Positions 37,649 to 51,324 of a DNA stretch of 64,000 nt are shown here, piece after piece (the stretch's first letter is position 1; the number at the start of each line of letters is the position of its first letter). The position numbers and the translations under genes were made by a program. Below the pieces are notes generated by a model. It did not search any database and was not told where the DNA came from. It was given only the letters and a program-made list of their open reading frames with translations. The stretch is from Podarcis liolepis. Lineage: Eukaryota. Location of the stretch: the NCBI GenBank assembly GCA_965112155.1, contig OZ218103.1, one strand, 5' to 3'.

Positions 37649-39468
37649 CTGCAAAACAAGATTCCTCTCAGCAGCCATTCAGAAACGAAACAGCCGGTGG
37701 ATGAGCTTTGACTTTTAAGGTAGAAGTCATTGGCAGGCTACATACCTTCTGCCCTTTCCAAACACAGCCATGTGCACACATCAAAGAGAGCTACGTTTAG
37801 CTCTCTGCATGTTCTAAGACATGCATTTCCATTTCACTTTTCTTGGTTCACTGTGTCTTCATGGCACTGCACTGGGTGGTTCTGAGTCTTGCCTACAACT
37901 GGCTCTTAATCGGGTAGCAGGGTGAAGCTGCGCCATTAGCTTCCCAGCAGGTGGGTCACTCTTGTTTACTGCGGGAGGGTGGTGAGATTGTGCGGAAATC
38001 GGCGTGGCATGAACGCACCAGTGGAGTCCATCTGGTGCTCCGACCAGTGCATTTGCACTGTGTCCACTGCCTCATCCATCTCTCTCCTGGTAAGCAATAG
38101 CAACCCTCCTGCTAGCCAGTGGCTCTGCCCCACCTGGTGAGCCACTTCAGCTCATAATGGGACATTTGCTAGTACTTGCATAATACATTCTACACCTAAC
38201 TCAGTTGAGCTCATATCTCTATTTATCTGGAAAAACAATGGACTTAATACACCGCAGTAAGATGCTCATGTTGATAGCAGCAGATGCAACAAGAAGTGGA
38301 AACAGGATTAGTTTAACCATCCTTTGCACAAAGCTCAAAGCACACCTGCTCTGCTCCTCCCTTAACCAAGCAGGGAAAGTTCATGGAACCACTGGCTGCA
38401 GCCCAAACTCTGGTTTGTTTTGGGGAGAATAAAACCACGACTGGGAAGGCAGGAACAAGCCTTGGCTTCAGATCATGGCTTATTTTTCTCTCTCCATGCT
38501 ACAAGTGTTGGTACAGATGCAAAGCTACACCAGCTGTCTTTTGCCATGACTTAGATTGTCATTTTTAAATTATTGGTTCTACTGAGACTGTAATCTTGTA
38601 TTCTCTATTGGTGAGTTGACAGCTTTGTGGCCTGTTTTCCCCATTCTACAGGGTGAGTTGTGTGCACCAGCCTGTAACATGGGTAGGTAAAACAAACCAT
38701 GCTTATTTAACTGTTATTGCATTTATATCCTACTTCTCCTCCAAAAGAGCCGGAGGGTGGTGTAGATGGCTCTCCCCCTCGCCATGTTAGCCTCCCAAGA
38801 ACCCTGAGAGGTAGGCTGGGCTGAGAGTTGATCATGGGCCCAAGGTCACCCACTCAGTGAACTTCATGGCTGAATGGGGGATTTGAACCCTGGTCTCTCA
38901 TGTGCAAGTGCAGCACCTTAACCACTACCTCCCAGCTTAGGATTTAAGAGCAGGCTGGCTAATCTGTGGCCTTCAAGATGGTGTTGGGACTACACCTCCC
39001 ATCACCCCCCAGTGTCCGCCATGCTGGCTGGGGCTGTTGGGAGTTGAATTCCCAACATTTCCTACATTGGCTACTCCTGGCTTTGAAATGTTGAAGTCTG
39101 TTTGCAGCTTAAGCAAGGAAAGCTGACTCATGCTTGTTTTTAAAAATTGATTGAGCACCTTTTAAGCTCTTCCTCCACCCCCACTTTCCTGCTATATTGT
39201 TTTTAAAAAGTGCTTTATTTCACCCCCTAGCCTCTTTGTCCAACAGTAAAGAAAGTAAAGTTTGGGGTGCCAGACAGATCATTGTAGGCCAAGCCAGGCA
39301 GGAAGAACAGGCAGGAAGCAGCTGTAAAGCAAACACTTCCTTGCATTTTCTCCTTGGAGCAAGACACCCTGGCTTGCTTTGCACTAATGCCGTACCCCCC
39401 TCTTCCATTCTTTTCAGAAGTGTGGAAGGAAGGGGGAGAGGTTGGGATAATGGGCTGGCAGCCCTTAC

Positions 39469-39589
39469 CTGATTGGGGTTGAGGGTGCATCCTGTGGGAA
39501 AACAGAAGGAAGATGTAGAAAACGAAGGCAAAGGCTCCAAAGATGGTCCCACACACTAGGAAACTGTAACTGCCCTGGTCATGAATGAT
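39469..39589 (-). CDS. MFSD4A: MFSD4A penultimate coding exon
   Basis: IIHDQGSYSFLVCGTIFGAFAFVFYIFLLFSHRMHPQPQS; phase 0/1, donor G|GTAAG. Confidence 0.94.
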
Positions 39590-40067
39590 CTGTTGCAAAA
39601 GAAAAACAGCAAGGTTCAGGGCAGCCTTCGCACCTCATGAGAGCCACACATTGCCTTGAATGGGCCTGGGAGCCAGAGGAATAACGTCAGAGTGCACCAG
39701 CCGTGCTGACGGGGGTTGGATAGGATCCATTTCCCATGAGTGGGCTGTTTCAGACAGATTGTCTGACCTTCAGAGAAAGCAGCAGATGCCATCTGTTTCC
39801 CTAGGGTGTCTACCTGCCAGAAAACCTATCTCAGAAGGGAAAGAGCAGGAGTTCAAGAAATGTACTGCCCAGCTTTCAACTGCAAAGGTGTCTCAAGCCA
39901 CTCCATGCAACGCCTTGACTCAAAACAGAAAAACTTTTCACCCACTCGATGAGGAGGCTCTCTGTCAAGAAATTTGCTCGAGTTAAACCTCTGTGTTATT
40001 TCTTAATTTGCTATCCTGCCCTTCCTCCTAGTGGCTCAAGGTAATACACGCCATTCTTCTCCTACCC

Positions 40068-40262
40068 CACTGGCGGAGGAAGGGGTGTGTGGTCTGCCCC
40101 AGGTGTCATCCTTGAGATGGGGTTACATCATCGCAGGTGGCACCCCCCCCCCGGTGGGACAGAGGTGGAGATAGCCGCCGCAGCCCCGTGGGACGCTTGC
40201 CCCACCCCGGGTGCATAGCAAGTGGGCTGGTCCGGGTGCTGGAGCAGCTAGCTTCGCCTCTG
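40068..40262 (-). mobile_element. hAT-type MITE, same family as 24874-25032, nested in an older SINE
   Basis: Exact 8-bp TSD TCCTACCC; shared end gagcagctagct..cctctg. Confidence 0.8.
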
Positions 40263-41532
40263 TCCTACCCCCCCAGCTTTATCCTCACAACCACCCTGCA
40301 AAGTAGGTTAGGCTGAGCGAGGAAGACTGCCCCCACCCCAAATGCCACTGAGGGATTTGAGCACACATCATGGTACCTTCCTCAAGGGTTTGAAAGAAGG
40401 CAAGACTAAATACCACCCAAGGGGCTATGCTGCAGGACTGATGACATGAGGAGAGCTGCAGGTTGCATGTTCTGGCACCAGAGGCCGCCAGGTGATAGCC
40501 ATCATGAGTGGTACTGCATACACTTTGCATACAGGAGATAAGAGATTCAATCCAGTTAAAAGTGGCAAGGGGTGTGGACTAATTCTTAAGGAGACCCCAG
40601 AGAGCTGCAAACAGTCCTGGCCTAGGTAGACAAATTGCCTTGGCAGAAGGTTGCTTCCTCTGTTCCTTTCACACTTTATTAGAAACAGATCAATTGCCCT
40701 TTGCTTCAGTCTTAGCTTCAGAATAAGCTTGACTTTCTAAAAACTCCAGAAAACAATGAGCAGCATTTCCATACATGGTGAGTTCCTTCTTGCAGGAGTA
40801 TTTGGATGGAGACAGTCATTAACATTATGAAGCATGTGGTGGGACACACAGGGTTGTAGCCAAAGCAATGCTAAGCAATGTATTCCATTAGCACAATGGA
40901 GCTTCTCCTGCTTACCTCCCCAGGTCCACCCCCAATCTGCGCTGAGTTTTCCCCCCAAACCTCTGGTAAAGATTTGGGGAGGGCATGGGGTGCAGACAGA
41001 GGGAGGAGAAGAAGAGAAGTTGCATTGCACAAGTATAAATCCTTGCACTAATGAAACAAGTACACAGGATATCATCCATGCTTTGCATGCAGAAGGTCCC
41101 AGAGTCAATTGCTGGCTTCTGTAGATAAGGCTAGGAAAGTCTCAGGTTGAGCTGCTGGACCATGGATGGGGAACCTGCAGACCTTCAGATATTCTGGACT
41201 CCCAACTCCCATAATTCCTGGCCACCAGCCGTGCTGGCTAGGAATAACTGAACATGGTCAGAAATTATGGGAACTAGAATCCAACCATAGTTGGAGGGCC
41301 ACAGAGCATCAGAAGCCTGTTGGATCAGACCGATGCACCATCAAATCCAAAATCCTCTTTCCCCACAGTGGCCCACCAGATGCCCATGGGAAACCAGCAA
41401 GCAGGTTCTCTGCCCTGTTGTAGACAATACTGAACTGGTGCTCCAGCTGATGGCCATGAGAATCAGTCTCCTAAGCACTAACCAACAGAAAGCTTACGCC
41501 CAGCAGGGCGTTGATGGATTCTGCACACTTAC

Positions 41533-41603
41533 CGACCCTACCAGCAACTGCAGAACCATCTCTCCAACACCTGCTCCTGTCACCAGCACAGTAGTGGCAC
41601 AGC
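41533..41603 (-). CDS. MFSD4A: MFSD4A coding exon
   Basis: (G)CATTVLVTGAGVGEMVLQLLVGS; ttccag| acceptor, TCG|GTAAGT donor; phase 1/0. Confidence 0.94.
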
Positions 41604-41757
41604 CTGGAATGAAAGTGGCACCATGTTACACTTTTTGCAAGAAGCAGATAAAGGAGACTGAACAGATGCAGCAAGATGCACATGTCCCATCTTTAAGAGC
41701 AAGATACAAAGGATTCTTGGAGATTTTTGAAATGTTACGTGGTATAGAAATGCTTTT

Positions 41758-42348
41758 AAACTCCAGCGGGTGAAGAATGCCGCGGTGAGACTCCTTACGG
41801 GGTCTTCGCTGCGAGATCACATTCACCCGCTACTATACCAGCTGCACTGGCTCCTGGTGGAGTACAGGATCAGGTTTAAGGTGCTGGTTTTAACCTTTAA
41901 AGCCCTATACAGCTTAGAACCCTTGTACCTACGGGACCGCCTCTCCTGGTATGCCCCACAGAAGAACTACAATCTTAAAAAAAAAAACATCCTGAAGGTC
42001 CCAGGCCACAGAGAGGTTAGGCTGGCCTCAACTAGAGCCAGGGCTTTTTTGGCTGCGGCTCCAATCTGGTGGAACCCTCTGTCACAAGAGACTAGGGCCC
42101 TGCGGGACTTGACATCTTTCCGCAGACAGAGCTGTTCCACCAGGCCTTTGGTCAGGGCACAGCCTGACTCCGTCCTTTGGCAATCTTTACAGAACTTAAG
42201 CTGTAAGTTGCCATCAATTGGATTTTAATTAATTTTTATAATGAAATGTTTTTAGAATGTTGCACTATTTTATTGTTGTTAGCCCCCCTGAGCCCAGCTT
42301 CGGCTGGGGAGGGCGGGATATAAATAAAATTTATTATTATTTATTATT
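41758..42348 (+). mobile_element. L2 LINE 3' fragment
   Basis: NAAVRLLTG..RDHIHPLLYQLHWLLVEYRIRFKVLVLTFKALY ORF2 tail; gggcgggatataaataaa plus (TTA)n end. Confidence 0.9.
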
Positions 42349-42909
42349 TTAAATATACACATATTCCCCCCTGGGGGTGTGTGATAAAGTATGAAACAGA
42401 AGAGGGCACCCAAATGTAAATGGCAGACGTCTGTGGTACAAATGCTATGCTGATGGAAAGGACGAAGGCTTTCCTATGCAAGCGAGTAAGATACATGAAT
42501 GTTGCTCTTTAATGATAAACCAAGTGCTTAAAGCAGTCGTCCTTGCACATTCCCCTGGCAGTAAGCTCCAGTGAACATAACAGGTCAATGGTCACCATCT
42601 TGTTGCCTTCCAGATGCTGTTGGACTACAAGTCCCATGAGTCCCAGCAAGCAAGACCAGTGGTCAGGACTGATGGGAGTTGTAGTCCGGCAGCACTTCAC
42701 AGACTATGCCTACAGTTAAACAAATACGCAGAGGATTTAGTTGTTTGCTTAGCTTGTGACAAAAAAAAAAAAATTAAAAACAAACCAGGGATTACCTTTA
42801 ATTGGAAAGTTAAAAGCATGGCCCTCATTTAAAGGGCTCTGTTTTGATTGTGGTTGTTGAAGCTATTCTTTCTTGGTAGAAAGAAAGAACAAGGAGAGAT
42901 CTGGTTTAC

Positions 42910-43057
42910 CTTTGTACTGGAGAATGTCTTCAGTGTAGGCCAGGACACTAGGGAAAGTGCTGCTGAGGAACAGGCCCAGGGAGGCAGTCCCCACAAACAA
43001 AAAGACAACGCTGTAGGAAAAGATCAGGAGCAGGAAGAATGTTACAAGCACTCCAAG
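42910..43057 (-). CDS. MFSD4A: MFSD4A coding exon
   Basis: LGVLVTFFLLLIFSYSVVFLFVGTASLGLFLSSTFPSVLAYTEDILQYK(G); phase 0/1. Confidence 0.95.
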
Positions 43058-44674
43058 CTGCAATGACATAAAAGGAATGGGAGGAAAAATTAAATTAAAT
43101 ATGGAGTAAGAATTTTTTTGCGCTCAGCTAAAAAGACTTGAGTAACCACCACTGCCACCGGGGGGGGGGGGGGGAGAGACACACAACCCTGACTGTATGA
43201 GCCTTGCCTCTGGAGAGATTCACAGACACGTGGGCATCATTTGGTATCTCATCTCCCGATAATGCCCAGCTGAACATGGAAACTGCTTCAGAATTTAGAT
43301 AAGAGAGCTTTAGCAGAAGGTGGCTGATCTGAGCCATTTCATGCATGAAAATCACCACTTGATGCTACTAGTGTAGCACATCAAAAATCCCCCTTTGATT
43401 TTACAGATATGGCCACCAAGCTCAACTACTGTATCTGATGTCCCCAGCAGATATCACAGCGGAAGCAAAGAGCAGGCTCATTTCACTAACCCAGGACACA
43501 GCAAATTGCTTCTACTCTGCATGTCTGCACCACTGGCTGTACTCCTTATTTGTATATATATATATTTAATACATTCTACCTTCCCTCCAGTGAGCTCAAG
43601 GTGGCATTAATGGTTTCCTTTCTCTGCATTTTATCCTCACAACCATCTGTTGAGGTGGGTTAGGCTCAGGGCCACCCAGTGAGCTTCATGTCCAAGTGGA
43701 CTTACGTCTCCAAGGTCCTAGTCCACATAATATCCTTCCACCTTACTCCACACTCTTGAAAAGAAGATGCAGAAGACAAGAAGTTGGAGGGGGGCAGATA
43801 CTCTTTTCCTTAAGGACTAGAAGCTTATTACTTCCCTTGCTGACAGACCTGCATAGTTAGGGCCTTTGAGACCAAGCAATTTAGGCTGCATTTTTATACA
43901 CGCTTGTCAGGGAGTAAGCCACATGGAATTCAGGGGTGAGCATGGGTAAGAGCCTACACAGTCACTGTGGCATAAATCCATTCCTGCCTAATATAAGATT
44001 AAGGCATAATAAACGTGTTTGTTGGTGGCTGCAGGTTCTCTGCAGGTTGCTTGGGACACGGGAAGCGGGGAGGGGGGGAGATAACTACTTTAGAGTAAAG
44101 TTAAGACGACCTGCTGCCTGCCAGCAGAGAGGGGCTGGTTTAATTCATTTAAGTGTTCTGCTTCTTCACAAAACACACAAACACAAACATGGGGTGGGAG
44201 GGAGGCATGCACACAGACAATCGCACACCCACAAACACAACAGGGGAAAGAGGGAATCGGCTTTTATGCTAGAGCAGTGTCTATTTCTTTTTATTATTAC
44301 CCCAGTTTATATTTTTACGTGAGAACAGGAGGAGAGAAGGGGCTTGGTTCCAGAAGCCATGCTTCTACCTAAGCCGCCTACCAGCCTGGTGCCTGCCTTT
44401 CAACAACAACCTGGGGTCTCTGAGGGAGGGAAGCTCCCACTTGGAGGCTGTCAAGCTCCACCTGCTTGGGAGACAAGAGCGCTGAGGAGGGAGGCAGGCA
44501 GGGGAGATGGCAAAGAGTGACCCTGCAGTGCACACACAATTTCTCAAAGAGCAATTTTTGCGTCAGTTTGCTGCTGCTGCTACAGGATGCACGGAAATGT
44601 AGCTAAGGCAGAGTTAGCAATAGCAATGGCCGCACAGGACAGGAAGCAGCACCAGCTTCCCAGTTTTTGCAATA

Positions 44675-44915
44675 CAGTCATACCTCAGGATAAATATACT
44701 TCAGGATAAGTATTTTTGGGTTGCGCTCCGTGGTGACCCGGAAATAATGGAGCGCATTACTTCTGGGTTTCGCCGCTCGCGTATGCGCCGCCGCATGCGC
44801 AGAAACAGCAAAACGCAACCTGCACATGCGCAGACGCACAGTCACATCTTACGTTCTATTCAGGATGCAAACAGGGCTCCGGAACTGATCCTGTTTACAT
44901 CCCAAGGTACCACTG
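44675..44915. mobile_element. Tc1/mariner MITE (family B); truncated relative at 44973-45160
   Basis: TAcagtcatacctc ... ggtaccactg termini; gcgcatgcgc-rich interior. Confidence 0.75.
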
Positions 44916-45603
44916 TTTCGTGTTTTTTGACTATTGCACACAAGCACACACACACACACGATTCACGATATACAGTGGTACCTCTGCTTGCAAACGGGAT
45001 CCATTCCGGAGGCCCATGCGCAACATGAAAGGCCGGCAACCTGAAGCGCCGTATCTGCGTGGGTGCGCGGCGCGATTTGGCATTTGTGCGCATGCACAAG
45101 TGGCGAAACCCAGAAGTAACCCTTTCCGGTACTTCCGGGTCGCCACGGGTCGCAAACTACTCTTAATATCGATATAAGACAGTATATTGATATATCGCCC
45201 AACCCTAATAACAATTCCCTCAAGAAACCCTGGAATTGGAAGGCATGCAAGGATAAGGAGACTGCTTTGCTAGAGATCTCCAGTCGCCCCCCCCCCTTCA
45301 GCACAACTTCCAGGGTTCTCTGAATGAAATGTCCCAGGAATAGGGAGCCTGGGGCCACCCAGAGGTTGTTCAGCTGCTTGGAGCTGCTGGCCAATGATGT
45401 CTGAAGGGCCACAGGTTTCCCATTCCTGCTCTAACCAACTTGCTTGCATTGCTCTCAGCTGCAGGAATAATACACTCTTGCTTCCAAATGAGGGTGCCAG
45501 TCGCTGGTTATATCCATGTTACTGGTCTGCCAGACACGCCATAGCCAGAATAAGCCTGTCTGCTACCTCGGAAGAGAGGGAGAAGAAGAAGATATCGCCA
45601 TAC

Positions 45604-45777
45604 CACATTGATGAAAACCATAGTTGCTGGCTTCATTCTGTAGGACACAGGGATGGAGATGAGCCGGCCCAGAGTGATGAATCCCCAGAAGAGGCTGGGC
45701 AAGTAACCAGCCACCTTGTGTCCCACGGAGAGTGGTTCCTCCACGGCGTAGCTGTACACAAACCCAGAATACTCGCC
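45604..45777 (-). CDS. MFSD4A: MFSD4A coding exon
   Basis: GEYSGFVYSYAVEEPLSVGHKVAGYLPSLFWGFITLGRLISIPVSYRMKPATMVFINV; phase 0/0. Confidence 0.95.
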
Positions 45778-45959
45778 CTGCAGGAGAGACCAACCCACAT
45801 CAGATTTACTTACGTACATAATCTGTATACCACACAAATCTTCAATCGAGATCTATATTCCCAGGACACACACACAGTAGTAAGAAATGAAAAAGCATAA
45901 TGTAAAATAATTGGTTTACTAACATATGTGAACCAATATACAAAATTAAAAGAAACTGA

Positions 45960-46690
45960 AATCACAATAGTGCATTTAAATTTATTTTACTTTTTAGCGT
46001 TTGAGAATGCTTGCCTTAGCAGTTCTGAAAAGTCTGGGGGAAACAGAAATGCTTTTGCCTGGCACCTAAGTTCTAGACATTAGGTCTCTGGGTGGGATTC
46101 CTTGAAAAGGGCATTCCAAGGATGAGGAGCCACCACAAAAAAGGCCCTCCAACTGTGCAGTAACCACGCAACACACTTCAGACAGCAGGGGTCTGTGATG
46201 GGGATGTCAGCGAATGAACAGATTCAGATGGGACAAGGCAATGCCACAAAATATTTGAGTCCTAAGCCATGAAGGGCTTTGAGAGTTAAGACCAGCACCT
46301 TGAATCTCACTGGAAGCCAGGGGTGGTGTTTCAGTGCAGCCAGATGTGAGCTCTTCACTCAGTCCGTGTTAGGAAACAAAGTTAGTGTGCTGGGCTAGCT
46401 GCAATTTCTGAACAGTTTTCAAAGGCAGCCCCATGCAGCCCACCCTCAAAGTTACCAGGGCATGGGCACCGGTCAAGATTGTATCTACTCAGGAAGGACT
46501 GCAGTTGGTGGATTAGCCACAACCAACAGAAGGAACTCGTGATCCTGGAGGCCCAAGAGATAAAGATTAATCTAACAGCACTCCCACACTGGCACCTTAT
46601 GCTTCACAGAGAGTACAATCCTCAGCAAAGTTGGTTGAACACCACCTCCCTGGGCAGACAAACTGCTGACCCACACAGCACACCTCTCTT
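45960..46690 (-). mobile_element. Old L2-like LINE fragment
   Basis: gccaccacaaaaaaggccct and gttaagaccagcaccttgaat are reverse complements of L2 ORF2-tail motifs. Confidence 0.55.
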
Positions 46691-46699
46691 ATCAGGAAT

Positions 46700-46832
46700 G
46701 AGTGTGTATCTGAAGAAGTGTGCATGCACACGAAAGCTCATACCAAGAACTAACTTAGTTGGTCTTTAAGGTGCTACTGGAAGGAATTTTTTATTTTGAC
46801 TATGGCAGACCAAAACGGCTACCTATCTACTA
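46700..46832 (+). mobile_element. Penelope-like element terminal-repeat fragment containing a minimal hammerhead motif
   Basis: gtatCTGAAGAagtgtgcatgcacacGAAagctCatac followed by gttggtctttaaggtgctactgg, as recalled for reptile PLE ends. Confidence 0.75.
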
Positions 46833-47008
46833 CTGGAGGGAGACAAGTTTTTAGCTAAAGGCTCTCCATGAGCACTGAAGCCAAGCTACACAGATCAAGT
46901 AAAAGACAGTCTTGAAAACACTTGTTCAGCCCATTCTAGGGAATCTGGAGTGCCCCAGTAGTGCAAATTGGGTGGGTCTGACACTGACTCCTCAATTGTT
47001 GCTCTTAC

Positions 47009-47124
47009 CAGGATCCCATCGGTCATAAAGAGGAGAAGGGCACCCATCACATGGACAGCAAAGTAAGAGCAAGGAGCTCCTATGAAGTTCTTGCTTTGGC
47101 AGCATCCGAAGAGGTCCTCATGCC
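47009..47124 (-). CDS. MFSD4A: MFSD4A coding exon
   Basis: (G)HEDLFGCCQSKNFIGAPCSYFAVHVMGALLLFMTDGIL; phase 1/0. Confidence 0.93.
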
Positions 47125-48004
47125 CTGGGTAGAGAAAACAAGAGTAGTACACAAGAGTAGCACACAAGAGTAGTGAAGCTTCTTGGGTACCCAAATGACC
47201 CAAATGGGGTCTCTCTCTCTCTCTCTCTGTAGCAAAGATTTGCCCCAGAACAGGCTCCAGAGTTCAGCAACAAGTTTATGGCTAAAGTATTGTGTCTACC
47301 TTCCAAACCACTGAAGAGGTCTCCTCTGGTAAATAATAAGGAGGGGTTATCACTCCTGCAACTCACTTCCCACAACTGAAGGCTGGGAAATGTGGCATTA
47401 TGGTTAAAATGAGTAGACTACATCCCTGTCACTCCCCAACTCCACCAAATTGTGGTGAACACAGACAGGGGAGAGGCTGGCCTGACACTATATAAGCACA
47501 CAAGTGAAGCACACAAACACACAGGGCTGAGGTCTGTGAGCCTTGGGAGGCCTGACTTGGGACTCTCTTCCTGCTGTCTCGGCTCTTTGTCTATAGAAGT
47601 GCTTCTGAATTCAGAGTGGTCCAACTGAAAAAACACATTCAGGAATGTCACACAAAATTAATTTGGGTAGCAGAGGGGGGTTGTTGCTTTTGTGGCCAGG
47701 AGTTGTCTGGCTAGATGGTGCTGGAAACAGAATGCTGGGACTAGATCGTAGGTGGGCAGCCTGCAGCCCTAGAACCGAGCATGGTCCTTGGGCTTAATTT
47801 CATGTGGCCCTCAGTTTAACTTAAAAAGCCCCCTGAAAGCAATTGGTTAACACCTCCAGCAAGAACAATTCCTCCCTCAACAGCCTACTGGACAGGGAGG
47901 AAGAGGGAAGAGAAGAGGGTGGAAAAAAGAAAGCAGGAAATGGATCGCCCCACATTCATTGATGGCTTCAGCCCCATCCACCACTGGAATATGGCTCCTG
48001 ACAG

Positions 48005-48505
48005 ACATTTATTTATTTAGTTATTTGAGATTCCTTGATTTACAAAAGTATGTGCAATGTCTCTTTTTTCAAGTTACATTTTCCATAGGTCAGTTTCATT
48101 TGTTGAGACATTAAGGTTACATTAGGAAGAAAAGGGGGAAAGAGGTGGAGGGGGCTATGGTGGGTGGTGGTGGGCTCAGGAGGCGATGTTTCTATTCTCC
48201 TTAGTGTATGTGTGGGGTTTTGTGTCAGCATCGCTTGTGTGGGTTCTCTTTACTAATTGCTTGTGTTCCTTTGGTGGTGAGAGAAGTTGGGGTTGGCCTA
48301 GCGTGTGGTTGTTCGTTTGTGATTGGCTGTGGTGAACTTTGTTTTCATGTTTAAGTGGAGGTGGGGGGTGTTTTTGGATCAGGTTAGCCATATTGATTCA
48401 TATGCTGTTGGTGGATTTTTGTCGTTGTGTTTTTGGGCTGTGTATGTGACAAAGGGGAGCCATATCAGGGTAAAGATGTCTTCTATTCTGACAGGTTACT
48501 TCTGA
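48005..48505 (-). mobile_element. L1/Tx1-like LINE 3' end
   Basis: Minus-strand RIEDIFTLIWLPFVTY...* (F-x2-IW-x-PF ORF2-end pattern), C/A-rich UTR and aataaataaa tail. Confidence 0.5.
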
Positions 48506-48824
48506 AGGAATGAAGCCCTGAAGGAATGCAGTCCTTGGCAGGAGAAAGGCTGCCCATAATTAGACTAGATGGACCTTTGGTCTGATGCAGCTGGCACTAT
48601 GGGAGCTGAGGCCCCAAGGCAGATACCACCATTTTACTGGTTTTCTACATACACCAAAGTGGAATGGGCATTAATATTCTATGGCCTTTAAAAATGTGTC
48701 TGTGGGAGACGGGCTATTGGTTTATTTTGCTTTTGCTTTTATTATGTAATTTGTGTTTTCATTTTGTTTTTTTTACGTTGTAAAATGTCCTGTGATATTC
48801 AGATGAAGGGCAGTATACAAATTT

Positions 48825-48828
48825 AATA

Positions 48829-48869
<41 letters not shown>

Positions 48870-48885
48870 GAATAAGAATAAGAAT
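48825..48885. repeat. (AAT)n/(AATAAG)n microsatellite
   Basis: Direct reading. Confidence 0.95.
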
Positions 48886-50607
48886 GTGTTCCATGTCATT
48901 GCTGCATGGCTTGTGGGGTTAAGAGCAGCCAGAAATGTTTGCATGTACATAAATGCATCCCAGTGTGTGTGCATAGAAAACGACAGAAATATGCAACACC
49001 TGGCATTCTTGATGCACATGGGCAAATGCATCTGTAAGCTGCTACACGCCACAGCAAAAGCCACCAAATAAATAAATGAGACATTTTTAGAAGGTGCACA
49101 GAAATTGCTTCTTTCAGAGTTCCAGTAATAACCTTCCTGGCAGAAAGACAGGCTGCTTTTCATCTTCAAACCACTCTGTGTGTGAGATAATTGCCTCCCT
49201 TTTGCTCATGGGAGTTATTGCAATGCAGGGAAACAGATGCCTTGGCCCAGAAGGAAACACCTTCCTTGCTAGGAGGGCAGAGTGGGCATAAAACATCATT
49301 CCCAATTTGGCAAAGGCCTTAACATGGACTGGAACAAATGCTGGTATTTGGACAGGAGAGGAGCTTTTGCAATCACACCGACATTCCTTCTCTGCTACAA
49401 ACTGGGGTGGAATCTACAAACATATAAAAATCATTCTGAAAATGCTTTTTTTAAAAAGCATTTTTAAAAATATATTGAATTTTCTATAAGGCTCACAATC
49501 GCCATCTAGTGTCACATTTTATATTGCACTTAAAACAGATTTAAAATGTTTTATTTGCAGCTGTATAGCTGAGTCCTGGGTAAACGCCAGCAGAGAAACC
49601 TGCCCCCAGGGATTTCAATTCATTGCCTACAGAACTAATACTAAACAGAAGCCAAGGACAAATAATGTACGATATTATAGGATCAATAGGATTCAACCTA
49701 TTTGGACTGGTTTGGCTTCCTTAGTTTTATGTGTGTTCTGGGAACATAACCAGACCTATGTAGCTGATAGCACAAATAGGGTTCTAGCCTAGTACTCAAG
49801 CCTTTTCAGTTTCCAAAATACTGTTTCCATGTGTTTGACTCATTTGTCCATGAACATTTCAGAAGATAAGAGGATAAGAAGAGCCTGGTGGATCAGGTCC
49901 AGTGGCCCATTTAGTCCATGTATAGACAGTCACTCAACTTATGTGCGATCGACTTGCGCACAACCGTGTATACATGTAGTGCCAGGAAAGAATTAAATGA
50001 TCCAATTCAAACCCAGAAATGGCAGGAGAGAGCTGAAAAGTCCTTGTGGCTCATGAGGAGAGAGAGCCTGGAGAGGACCTCAGTGAGGGTGGAGGAAGCC
50101 CCAAAGAGACCGGAGGGGCAGTGGGAGCCTTGTTGATGCTGCTCAGCGTTTGCACCAGGTGTGTGTGTGTGGGGGGGTCGGGGTTGCAGGGTGCCATGGG
50201 GGCCCGTGGAGCCAGTGTCCGTCCCTCAAAAAGCCGGCTGAGCAACTTTTGGCAATGTTCTCCCAAAAAAGCTTGACGGCTTTTACCGGTGTCCTTAGAA
50301 AACCTCAACCACTTTGGGCGCTCTCTTAAAATGTTCCGCCCCAGGCGCCAGCAGGGTTTGCTACGCCGCTGTCTCAGTGGCCACCCATGTAGGACCTGAG
50401 CTTGACAGCCCTTTGCCCTCTTGCAGCTTCTGGCCAGAAGCACACTGTCTCTGGGAAGCTTAATGCAGAATATTTCACTCTGTGCTTTGCTTCATCCCTT
50501 TCCCGCAGCAAAACAACACACCCTCTCGCTACAACCTGTGGAGAGAAGAGGGCTCTGATACCATGGTAATGGGCTCTGCATGCACAGCCCGGATTGGCAG
50601 CTCTCAC

Positions 50608-50776
50608 CTATTTCTGGCTGAGTTCTTGGCGAGGAGGTGGAAGAGTCATCCCGGTCAGCTATCCGCGTTTCCAGTGCCAGCTCATCCGCAGGCAGTAGTG
50701 GGGGGCTGCCGCTTTGACACCAAGGCACCAGCCTCTCCTTGTAGAGCAGCAGGAAGACCGCAAAGGGGACTGGCAG
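50608..50776 (-). CDS. MFSD4A: MFSD4A coding exon
   Basis: LPVPFAVFLLLYKERLVPWCQSGSPPLLPADELALETRIADRDDSSTSSPRTQPEI(G); phase 0/1. Confidence 0.92.
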
Positions 50777-51324
50777 CTGCAGAAGAACAGGCAAAAAGAA
50801 AAGTCAGTTGTGTGCCTTATAACAATTTTCAACCTCTAGGGTTCATACCTGCCCTTCTCCCTGGAGGGGGCTGCTGTTGGCTCAGATTTTTTATTTATGC
50901 AGGGCACATCTTAAAAGCCAGAGCTTGTAAACCTTTGCACCTCCAAATGCCATTGAGCTCCCGCCAGTCCCAGCTGGCATGGCCAATGGTCAGGAATGAT
51001 TGGAGTTATTTATCTGTTGTGTTTAGATATCACTTTTTCCCTCCAAGGAGGCTCAAGGTGATGTAAATGGCTCTCCTCTCCCTGTTTTATCTATCCTGTG
51101 AGGTAGGTGAGGCTGAGAGGCAGTGACTGGCCCAAGGCCACCCAGTGAGTTTCATCGCTGAGCAAGGACTTGAACCCAGGCCTCCCAGGTCCAAGTCTGG
51201 CACTCTGTTTCACACTGGAGCTGCGAGTTCAGCAACATTACTTGTAGCTGGATTGATGAAATGTGGGCTATAAATCTTTAAAATCAACAGTTTTGTAACA
51301 ATAACACCCCCCACCCACTGCGTA

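Noticed and set aside
38072-38133. Alternative MFSD4A last exon (GGAEPLASRRVAIAYQERDG*)
   Set aside because: Weak polypyrimidine tract; 37584-37648 has a better acceptor and a better match to the expected C-terminus.
41770-42228. 152-aa ORF as a host gene
   Set aside because: It is the C-terminal remnant of L2 ORF2.
50482-51066. 194-aa plus-strand ORF
   Set aside because: Antisense shadow of an MFSD4A exon running into repeats; the same applies to 45394-45900.
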